Positions 14,667 to 24,097 of a stretch of DNA of 36,959 nucleotides are shown in pieces. The position numbers and the translations under genes were made by a program. This DNA comes from Kofleriaceae bacterium. GTDB taxonomy: Bacteria; Myxococcota_A; Polyangia; Haliangiales; Haliangiaceae. The first letter of the stretch is position 1, and each line of letters begins with the position of its first letter. Under the pieces are notes generated by a model. The model made no database searches and had not been told where the DNA came from. It was given only the letters and a program-made list of their open reading frames with translations. The stretch spans positions 1 through 36,959 of the forward strand of contig JBKJLC010000227.1 in assembly GCA_046597055.1 (NCBI GenBank), in the 5' to 3' direction.

Positions 14667-15225
14667 GCTCAAGACCTACGTCGGTCGCATGCGTGAGTTC
14701 GACGCGCGGGACTGGCTCGTCTACGTCCTGTGGGTCGCCACCATCAGCGGCCTCGCGGTCGCGACCGGCGGCTTTCTCCTGATCGGCCACCGCGCCGGCG
14801 TCAGCTTCCCGGTCGAGGCCCAGCTGGTCCCGATCGGCGCGGCCATCTTCGCGGTCGCGGTCGCGGTCGACACGATCGGCCACCGCACGATCTACCGCGA
14901 GGTCATCGCTGGCGGCGAGGCGCTGGTCCATCACATCACGATCGCGTGCGGCGTCGGCAGCGTGATCCTGCTCGTGCTCGCAGCCAGCAGCTCGGCGGCG
15001 GTGGTGCCAGCGGCCGTGCTCACGATCCTGTCGTTCGTCTACAGCCTGGTCGACGAGGGATTTCACTGGCGGCGCTACGTCCAGCACGGCTCGGACCGGG
15101 TCGAGATGTGGAGCCACGTGCTCATCCTCACCGGCCACGGCGTCATGATGGGTGCCTGGTGGGCGTGGTGGCACGGCGGCTACCTCGGCGTCGACCAGAC
15201 CCTGATCGCGATGGGGTTCTCGTGA
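14647..15225 (+). CDS. Uncharacterised integral membrane protein in the carotenoid operon with duplicated DxxxHxxxY...ExxxH motifs
   Basis: GGAG before GTG 14647; about 5 TM segments; VDTIGHRTIY...EALVHH and VDEGFHWRRY...EMWSH; overlaps both neighbours. Confidence 0.8.
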
Positions 15226-16370
15226 TCGCCGGGGCCGCCCCCGCGGTCTGGATCGTGTGCGCGGCCATCGCCGTGCTCGGGCTGGTCGTGTGGACCTGGC
15301 GGCTGCGCCCGGTCGCGCGGCTGGCCGCCGCCGAGCGCGCCGACGCCTCCGCGATCCCCGCCGACGGGTCGACCCGCGTCTCGATCATCATCCCGGCGCG
15401 CGACGAGGCGCACAATCTTCCCGCCCTGCTCGCCTCGATCGCCAGGCTGCGGCCGCCTCCCCTCGAGGTGATCGTCGTCGATGATCACTCGAGCGACGGC
15501 ACCGGCGAGATCGCGCGCGCGGCGGGCGCCCGGGTGGTCACGCCGCCGCCGCTGCCCGACGGCTGGATGGGCAAGCCGTGGGCGTGCCGGGCCGGTGCCG
15601 CGGTCGCCACCGGCGACCACCTGCTGTTCACCGATGCCGACACCACCCATGCGCCGAGCTCGCTGGCGATCGCGCTGGCGGCGGCCCGCCGGACCGGTGC
15701 CGGGCTGGTGACCGCGGTGCCCGAGCACCGCGCGGTGACCTGGTGGGAGCACCTGCAGGCGCCGTATCACCTGCTCCTGCTGATCGCGACCGCGGCCGGT
15801 CGTCGCACGGCGGGTGCCACGCCCCGCCAGTTCAGCATCGGCCAGTACCTCCTGTTCCGGCGCGACGTCTACCAGGCGATCGGCGGTCATGACGGTGCCC
15901 GTCGCCGGGTCGCCGAAGATCTCGCGCTCGCCGAGCTGGTGGCCGCGACCGGTGCCCCGGTCGCGGTGGTGGTCGGCGGCGTCGTCCACGTGCGCATGTA
16001 TCCGGAGGGCCTCGGCGGGTTCGTGCGCGGATGGCGTCGCAGCTTCCGGGACGGCCAGCGCGCGGTCGGGGTCGGCGCCGCGCTCGAGCTCACCGCCGTG
16101 TTTGGCTGGCTGCTGGGCGCTCCGCTCGGGCTGCTGGTCGCGGTCATCCTCGGCGGACCGGCGCTGATCGCCGGCACCGCGCTGGTCCTGGCCGCGACCG
16201 CGATCGAGGTGGGCCGGCGCCAGCACCTGGTCGGGCGGTTCCCGCCGTGGGCCGCGCTGGCGTATCCGTTCGCCGCGCTGGCGTTCGCGGTGGTGTCCGC
16301 GCTCGCCGTCATCGATCGCGTGCGGGGGGCTCCGGTGCGCTGGAAGTCGCGCACCGTGGCATCGGAGTGA
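15222..16370 (+). CDS. Family 2 glycosyltransferase, carotenoid glycosyltransferase-like (CrtQ/CruC type)
   Basis: VSIIIPARDEA, VVDDHSSDGT, PDGWMGKPWAC, FTDAD, GQYLLF, AEDLAL, VRMY; N- and C-terminal TMs; GTGA overlap. Confidence 0.88.
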   Translation: MIAGAAPAVWIVCAAIAVLGLVVWTWRLRPVARLAAAERADASAIPADGSTRVSIIIPARDEAHNLPALLASIARLRPPPLEVIVVDDHSSDGTGEIARAAGARVVTPPPLPDGWMGKPWACRAGAAVATGDHLLFTDADTTHAPSSLAIALAAARRTGAGLVTAVPEHRAVTWWEHLQAPYHLLLLIATAAGRRTAGATPRQFSIGQYLLFRRDVYQAIGGHDGARRRVAEDLALAELVAATGAPVAVVVGGVVHVRMYPEGLGGFVRGWRRSFRDGQRAVGVGAALELTAVFGWLLGAPLGLLVAVILGGPALIAGTALVLAATAIEVGRRQHLVGRFPPWAALAYPFAALAFAVVSALAVIDRVRGAPVRWKSRTVASE

Positions 16371-17305
16371 CCGGAGCCGCGATCGTGCGCGAGCCCGCCA
16401 TGTTCTCGATCAGCGCGGTCGCCGAGGCGACCGGGCTGACCACGCACACCATCCGGGTGTGGCAGCGGCGCTATGGCGCGGTCGAGCCGGCGCGTACGCC
16501 GGGCGGCAGCCGGATCTACTCGCACGCGGACGTCGCGCGGCTGCGCCGCCTGCGCGAGCTGTCGCAGGCCGGCCACGCGATCCGTCACATCGCGCGGCTG
16601 TCCGACGCCGAGCTCGAGCGCCTGCTCTCCCCCGAGCGCACCGCGCCCGACACCACCGATGGCGGCGTGGTCGAGCGGTTCCTCGCGCTGCTCGACCGGT
16701 TCGACGTCACCGGTGCCGGCGATCTGCTCGCGCAGGCGGCGGCGCTGCTCGGGCCGCACGCGTTCGTGCGCCGGGTCGCGGCGCCGCTGCTCGAGGCGAT
16801 CGGCCTGCGCTGGGCGTCGGGCGAGCTCCACGTCTATCAGGAGCACGCCGCCAGCGGCGTGCTGCGCAGCGTGCTCGCCGTGCTGCTCCGGGGCCAGTCG
16901 CCGCGCACCGCGATGCCGACCGTCCTGGTCGGCACGCTCGGCGGCGAGCGTCACGAGCTCGGCGCGCTGATGGTGGCGCTGACGGTCGCGGCCGAGGGCT
17001 GGCGCGTGATCCACCTCGACAGCCACGCGCGCGGCGCCGAGGTCCAGGCCGCGGCGGTGTCGGCCGGGGCCAGCGTGGTCCTGATCTCGATGGTCGACGA
17101 GTGGAACCCGGTCGCTCAGGCCGAGCTCGACGTCCTCGCGGTCGCGCTGGCGCCGCACGTCCTGCTCGGCGTCGGCGGCCGCAGCGCCGGCAAGTACCAC
17201 GCGCACTGTCCGCGCGCGCGGCTGCTGTCGCTCGAGCAGCTCGGCGGCGAGCTCGCGCGGCGCGGCCGCCGGCGTGGCCCTTCACTCACGGCCGAAGATG
17301 AGTGA
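16367..17305 (+). CDS. carH: MerR-family, B12-binding photoreceptor/repressor (CarH/CarA/LitR family)
   Basis: MerR HTH with IRVWQRRYG and RTPGGSRIY; W-x9-EH (WASGELHVYQEH); ExHxxG (ERHELG); last gene of the crt operon. Alternative starts 16385/16400. Confidence 0.88.
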   Translation: MTGAAIVREPAMFSISAVAEATGLTTHTIRVWQRRYGAVEPARTPGGSRIYSHADVARLRRLRELSQAGHAIRHIARLSDAELERLLSPERTAPDTTDGGVVERFLALLDRFDVTGAGDLLAQAAALLGPHAFVRRVAAPLLEAIGLRWASGELHVYQEHAASGVLRSVLAVLLRGQSPRTAMPTVLVGTLGGERHELGALMVALTVAAEGWRVIHLDSHARGAEVQAAAVSAGASVVLISMVDEWNPVAQAELDVLAVALAPHVLLGVGGRSAGKYHAHCPRARLLSLEQLGGELARRGRRRGPSLTAEDE

Positions 17306-17317
17306 TAACGCTGGTCC

Positions 17318-19402
<2,085 letters not shown>

Positions 19403-19469
19403 CCGTGGACGCCGGGAGTCGCCGCGTCGATTGCTCCGGCTGGTCAGACCCGTCTACAGTCCGGCCGCC

Positions 19470-20150
19470 ATGAACGCCGACGAGCACGAGCTGACCCGCA
19501 AGAGGAAGCTGACCTCGGCGGTGCTGTGCCTGGTCGCCGGCGCGATCATCATCGTGGCCGCGGTGCTGCCCGGCTGGATCAAGAGCGACGCGCGGGTCGG
19601 TATGGCGGCCAGCTTGTACGGCTTCGAGTGGTGTAGCGAGCGTGCGCCCGACCTCACCAAGAAGGACGACCCGCGCGACGACGATGCCGGCACGTGTCAG
19701 CAGGTCTCCAACCGCCAGTTCGCGACCTGGACGGAGTGGCAGGGCCTCAAGGCCAGTGGCATCTGGGGCCTCACGGGCTGGGTGACGCTGGGCCTGTCGA
19801 TCGTCGCCGGCCTGGCGCTGGCCGCCGCCGGCGCGCTCGGGCTCAAGGACCGGTTCGTGCGCGATCCGATCGCGTTGACCACGGTGGCGCTGGTGGCCGG
19901 CTCGCTGGCGATCATCAGCGCCTGCGTCTTCGTCGCGACCAAGCCCGGGTACGTCCCGCGGCTCGGCCCGATCCTCGGCCTGTCATGGCCGTTCTTCATG
20001 TTCGGCGTCGGCATCGTGACCGGCCTGGCCGGCGCCCAGATGCTCGCCAGGGCCCACAGCGACGTTCGCGACCCGTACTGGGACGGGCTGGTGCCCGAGC
20101 CAGCCGCGCCCGGCCTGCCGCCGATGCAGGATCACGATCAGAACCCCTGA
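19470..20150 (+). CDS. Hypothetical four-TM membrane protein
   Basis: Four hydrophobic segments; first loop carries W...G...C...C; GC3 bias. Confidence 0.75.
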   Translation: MNADEHELTRKRKLTSAVLCLVAGAIIIVAAVLPGWIKSDARVGMAASLYGFEWCSERAPDLTKKDDPRDDDAGTCQQVSNRQFATWTEWQGLKASGIWGLTGWVTLGLSIVAGLALAAAGALGLKDRFVRDPIALTTVALVAGSLAIISACVFVATKPGYVPRLGPILGLSWPFFMFGVGIVTGLAGAQMLARAHSDVRDPYWDGLVPEPAAPGLPPMQDHDQNP

Positions 20151-20163
20151 CCCAGGAAGTCTC

Positions 20164-20982
20164 ATGTCCCTTGCAGGCAAGACCCTCTTCATCACCGGCG
20201 CCAGCCGGGGCATCGGCCTCGCGATCGCGCTGCGTGCCGCGCGCGACGGCGCCAACATCGCCATCATCGCCAAGACCGCCGAGCCGCATCCCAAGCTGCC
20301 GGGCACGGTCTACACCGCGGCCAAGGAGATCGAGGCGGCCGGCGGCAAGGCGCTGCCGTGCGTCGTCGACATCCGCCACGAGGACCAGGTCGCCGACGCG
20401 GTCGCCAAGACCGTCGCGACCTTCGGCGGCATCGACATCCTCGTCAACAACGCGTCGGCGATCCACCTGACCCGCACCACCGACACGCCGATGAAGCGCT
20501 ACGACCTGATGCACGGGATCAACACCCGCGGCACCTTCGTGTCGTCACAGGCGTGCATCCCGCACCTGAAGCAGGCGGCCAATCCGCACGTGCTCAACCT
20601 GTCGCCGCCGCTCAACATGGAGGCGCGCTGGTTCGGCCCCCACGTCGCCTACACGATGGCGAAGTTCGGCATGAGCATGTGCGTGCTCGGCATGGCCGAG
20701 GAGTTCCGGCGCGACGGCGTGGCGTTCAACGCCCTGTGGCCGCGCACCACGATCGCGACCGCGGCGGTGCAGAACCTGCTCGGCGGCGACGCGATGATCC
20801 GCGGCTCGCGCAAGCCGGAGATCATGGCCGACGCCGCCCATGTGATCTTCAGTCGCCCCGCCCGCGAGTGCACCGGCAACTTCTTCATCGACGACGAGGT
20901 GCTGGCCTCGACCGGCAAGACCGACCTGTCCGAGTACGCGGTCGATCCGACCGCGCAGCTCTTTCCCGACTTCTTCGTCTAG
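20164..20982 (+). CDS. Short-chain dehydrogenase/reductase, HSDL2-like
   Basis: TGASRGIG, AKTAEPHPKLPGT, NNASAI, LSPPL, YTMAK (YxxxK), NALWPRT, TGNFFIDD. Confidence 0.92.
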   Translation: MSLAGKTLFITGASRGIGLAIALRAARDGANIAIIAKTAEPHPKLPGTVYTAAKEIEAAGGKALPCVVDIRHEDQVADAVAKTVATFGGIDILVNNASAIHLTRTTDTPMKRYDLMHGINTRGTFVSSQACIPHLKQAANPHVLNLSPPLNMEARWFGPHVAYTMAKFGMSMCVLGMAEEFRRDGVAFNALWPRTTIATAAVQNLLGGDAMIRGSRKPEIMADAAHVIFSRPARECTGNFFIDDEVLASTGKTDLSEYAVDPTAQLFPDFFV

Positions 20983-21054
20983 CCGCGCCAGCCCGGCGGT
21001 CGCGCGGCGTCGAAGCGCGCCCTGGCGCCCGGTGACGGGCGCGCGAGTTCGCGC

Positions 21055-21083
21055 TTGACGATCGCGTGCGAATCCATTAATCA
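21055..21083 (+). promoter_or_regulatory. Possible sigma70-type promoter for the 244-aa gene and downstream RNA
   Basis: TTGACG at 21055-21060 followed by AT-rich CATTAATCA at 21075-21083; the -10 register is imperfect. Confidence 0.4.
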
Positions 21084-21210
21084 GGATCCCAATACGTCGT
21101 CCACCGTCGCGGTGGGCCGAGGGAGAAGCCGGTGTCGTCGCCCATGCAGGGCGGCGGCCGCCGCGGCTTCCGATCCCGAGGGCGACCGGCGTCCGTGAAA
21201 GAGGGCCACC

Positions 21211-21945
21211 ATGGCCAAGCTCAATCAGATCCTCGCGATCGAAAAGGGAATCAAGACACGGGTGTACGCGGAGTTCACCGAGCTCCACAACGCCACCCAG
21301 AAGCCCGCGCTGATGAACGGCTTTGCCAAGTCGTACCAGCCTCGGGACGAGCACGGTGAGACCTATCCGGCCGAGGCCCAGAAGGTCCAGTACGAGCACA
21401 CCGCCGTGCTCGAGCGCGTCGGCGGCCTGCTCGGCGAGCTGTTCGACATCACCGCGACCAAGGACTGGGCGAACTGCGCCGCCAAGGGCGACGTGGTCGT
21501 CGACGGCAACGTCCTGCTCAAGGACTGCCCGGCGACGTACCTGCTTTTCCTCGAGAAGCAGCTCCACGACCTGAGCACGTTCGTCCAGAAGATGGCCGAG
21601 CTCGACCCGTCGAGCGACTGGAACGTCGACCCGAGCACCGGCCTGTTCAAGACCGAGTCGACCGCCGCGCAGCGGACCAAGAAGGTGCAGCGGGCGATCG
21701 TCCTGTACGACGCCACCGAGCACCACCCGGCGCAGACCCAGCTCATCACGGAGGATGTGGTCGTCGGCCAGTGGGTGACGATCAAGTACTCGGGTGCGCT
21801 GCCGGCGCCGCGCAAGAAGCAGCTCCTCGCGCGGATCGAGAAGCTGTCGAACGCGGTGAAGTACGCCCGCGAGCAGGCCAACGGCGGCGCGGCGCCCGAG
21901 CAGAAGGTCGGCCGCGCGCTGCTCGACTATCTGCTCGCGCCCTGA
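21211..21945 (+). CDS. Conserved-looking uncharacterised cytoplasmic protein (MAKLNQILAIEKG...), paired with the downstream structured RNA
   Basis: AAAGAGG before the ATG; strong codon bias; soluble Lys-rich alpha/beta pattern. From memory it resembles an uncharacterised family seen in actinobacteria and phages (not verified). Confidence 0.85.
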   Translation: MAKLNQILAIEKGIKTRVYAEFTELHNATQKPALMNGFAKSYQPRDEHGETYPAEAQKVQYEHTAVLERVGGLLGELFDITATKDWANCAAKGDVVVDGNVLLKDCPATYLLFLEKQLHDLSTFVQKMAELDPSSDWNVDPSTGLFKTESTAAQRTKKVQRAIVLYDATEHHPAQTQLITEDVVVGQWVTIKYSGALPAPRKKQLLARIEKLSNAVKYAREQANGGAAPEQKVGRALLDYLLAP

Positions 21946-21973
21946 GGCCGGCCATGATGTGATGTTCCGACCG

Positions 21974-22002
21974 GCGGGGTTTCGTCCCCGCTCCACCATT
22001 TT
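21974..22002 (+). other. Hairpin ending in CACCA plus T-tract (weak terminator or processing site)
   Basis: GCGGGG(21974-21979)-TTTCGT-CCCCGC(21986-21991), then TCCACCATTTT. Confidence 0.5.
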
Positions 22003-22380
22003 GGCCAGGGAGCCAACCTCAATCTGAATCTCAGCCTGAAACCATGTCTGCAGTCCTGCCCGTGGGAGAACTCACCTCTCCACGGTCGGGCTCCACAAAC
22101 CGGAGCTCGTAGCGGACGCAGGCCGTCAAATTGAGACTATCTCCCAAGCTGAAACCGCCGAGTGCGTCATCTCTCCGTCCAGCGCCTGATGCCCAGGATG
22201 CCAGTGCAAATCTGGTAGGCCGCTCCAACTTCTGCGGCCTTCGCCTAACAGCAAGGTATGGGCACGAAGAACTGAGTGCTGGTAACTGCCGTTGACGTGC
22301 GAGCCCGGCACCCGTCGAGGGAAACTTCGACGGGATCGACCGCGGGGGTGCGGGTAAAGCCCCTCGTGGTCACCATTTTT
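22003..22380 (+). ncRNA. Large structured ncRNA with a circularly permuted tRNA-like domain (YrlA-like module); ends approximate
   Basis: No credible ORF; lower GC than flanks; nested helices 22157-22160/22306-22309, 22162-22169/22293-22300, 22179-22185/22276-22282, 22190-22195/22259-22264; T arm 22200-22216; acceptor 22217-22223/22234-22240 with TCCA 22224-22227; D arm 22243-22257; GAAA-tetraloop hairpin 22311-22334. Confidence 0.78.
22338..22380 (+). terminator. Intrinsic terminator-like hairpin ending ACCA-TTTTT
   Basis: GACCGCGGGGG(22338-22348)...CCCCTCGTGGTC(22360-22371), then ACCA and T5. Confidence 0.6.
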
Positions 22381-22576
22381 CGATTGCGTCCGAGCCCGCT
22401 GGCCCGGGCGCGCTCACCTGCGTCCCGCGCGCGGTCTCCGGCTGCCAGCTCCCGCGCCCGGGCGTCGCAGGAGCCCGCAGTCGACCCGCTCCGCCCCGCT
22501 TGCAGCAGCCGCCGCGGTGCGGAACCGCGCCAGTCGGCGCCGGCCCGGGTCGGTCCGGTGGGTATAGTCGCGCGCG

Positions 22577-23170
22577 ATGGCGCAACGAGCGGAGATCACG
22601 AGCGCGCGCCTGCGCCTATGGATCCACGGGTCGGACGACGCCCGCGCGGTGACCGACTACTTCGTGCGCAACCGCAACCACCTGGCGAAGTGGTCGCCGC
22701 CCAGCCCCGACGGCTACTTCACGGAGCCCTACTGGATCCGTCGCGGCGACAAGAACCTTGCTGACGCCCGCGACGGCAAGGCGTTTCGGTTCGCGATCGT
22801 GTGGAAAGACAACCCGGCCGGCGATCTGCTCGGCACGATCTCCCTCACCGAGGTCGTGCGCGGCCCGCTGCAGCAGGCTTACCTGGGCTACGGGCTCGAC
22901 GAGCGGGCCCAGGGGAAGGGGATCATGACCGAGGCGGTGCGCGCGGTGTCGGCCTGGGCGTTCGAGGTCCAGCGGCTACATCGGGTCTCGGCCAACTACA
23001 TGCCGTCCAACGAACGATCGGCCGAGGTGCTGCGCCGATGCGCGTTCACCGTGGTCGGCTACGCCCGCGACTACCTCTTCATCAATGGTCTATGGCGCGA
23101 CCACGTGCTGACCGCGCTGGTCGACCCCCGGGGCCGGCCGCCGCCGGAGTTGACCGCGCCGACCCCGTGA
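22577..23170 (+). CDS. GNAT family N-acetyltransferase, RimJ-like
   Basis: NRNHLAKWSP, RGPLQQAYLGYGL, QGKGIMTEA, LHRVSANYMPSNERS, GYARDYLFING.WRDHVLT. Confidence 0.88.
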   Translation: MAQRAEITSARLRLWIHGSDDARAVTDYFVRNRNHLAKWSPPSPDGYFTEPYWIRRGDKNLADARDGKAFRFAIVWKDNPAGDLLGTISLTEVVRGPLQQAYLGYGLDERAQGKGIMTEAVRAVSAWAFEVQRLHRVSANYMPSNERSAEVLRRCAFTVVGYARDYLFINGLWRDHVLTALVDPRGRPPPELTAPTP

Positions 23171-23227
23171 GTCCCCGCACGTCCGGTTGGTTGGCCGCTC
23201 CCGGTGGGTAGCACCCGGTCAACGAAG

Positions 23228-23260
23228 GACAGGTGCGACATGCCCGGTGTCGCACCTGTC
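23228..23260. promoter_or_regulatory. Perfect 13-bp inverted repeat upstream of a lipoprotein gene (operator or hairpin)
   Basis: GACAGGTGCGACA-tgcccgg-TGTCGCACCTGTC, ending 16 nt before ATG 23277. Confidence 0.5.
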
Positions 23261-23276
23261 GTGGCACCCTGTCGCC

Positions 23277-23924
23277 ATGCGCAACTTCCGGACGGCCCTC
23301 CTCTCCTCCACGGTTGCTCCCGCCCTCCTGGCCCTCGGATGTGGCGGCGGCGGTGGCGCGGGCAAGCCTGTGGCCACCGCGGAGATGCCGCCCTCGGTCG
23401 ACTGCGGACGCACGATCGAGGCGCTGGCGCCGGTGCTCGAGACCCCGGTGGTGATCCTGGTCGGCGATCCCGAGGCCCGCGTCTCGACGCTGGTCGGCGA
23501 CATCGCGTGTCAGGTCGCCGCTGGCGGCCACCAGGTGGTCGTCGCGTTCGAGCCTGACGCCGGCAACATCTCGAAGACGGACCTCGCCGCGCGCGTCGAG
23601 TCCATGCGCGCCGCCGGGCTCGAGGTGGTGGTCGCGCAGTACAAGCTGTCGACCGGCGTCAAGCGGCTGACCGAGGAGCGCCCCGAGGCGCGTCTGGTCG
23701 TGCTGGCCGACAGCGTCGACGCGATCCGCGGCATCGCCGCCTACGCGATCAATGTAGTCGGCGACGCCGCCAACGTGGCGACCGTGCCGGCGCTGCGTTC
23801 CAACCCGCAGCGCGAGGGTGGCTTCGACGCGGTCCTCGATCTCGGGGTGATGGCCGAGCCGCCGGCCGCCCCGGCCGAGCCGGTCGCCCCGGCCGACGCG
23901 GTCGGGCCGACCCCGGCGGGCTGA
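23277..23924 (+). CDS. Hypothetical lipoprotein
   Basis: MRNFRTALLSSTVAPALLALGC lipobox followed by a Gly run; Pro/Ala-rich tail. Confidence 0.7.
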   Translation: MRNFRTALLSSTVAPALLALGCGGGGGAGKPVATAEMPPSVDCGRTIEALAPVLETPVVILVGDPEARVSTLVGDIACQVAAGGHQVVVAFEPDAGNISKTDLAARVESMRAAGLEVVVAQYKLSTGVKRLTEERPEARLVVLADSVDAIRGIAAYAINVVGDAANVATVPALRSNPQREGGFDAVLDLGVMAEPPAAPAEPVAPADAVGPTPAG

Positions 23925-24097
23925 CCGCGGCGCTCGCGCGCCGGCCGCGTGGCCGCGAGGTGGAGTCGACCAGGTGGCGCGTCAGCTCGATGCCGACGTG
24001 TAGTTGCGGATCGCCAGCGACCACACCGCGCGCGACAGGACGCCGAAGTGCTTGCGGAGGTTCCGGACCTCGATCACGGCCCGCTCACGCTAGCCGA

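Noticed and set aside
22015..22155. CRISPR array or short peptide ORF
   Set aside because: Repeats are degenerate 6-mers without spacers, there are no cas genes, and the open frame lacks a start codon. The minus-strand ORFs 22031-22228 and 22126-22311 lack coding bias.
22190..22264. Ordinary tRNA gene
   Set aside because: Halves are in swapped order and there is no anticodon loop; it cannot decode.
21974..22380. tmRNA (standard or two-piece)
   Set aside because: No G3-U70/A73 alanine identity, a true D stem is present, and no ANDN...AA-type tag frame is visible.
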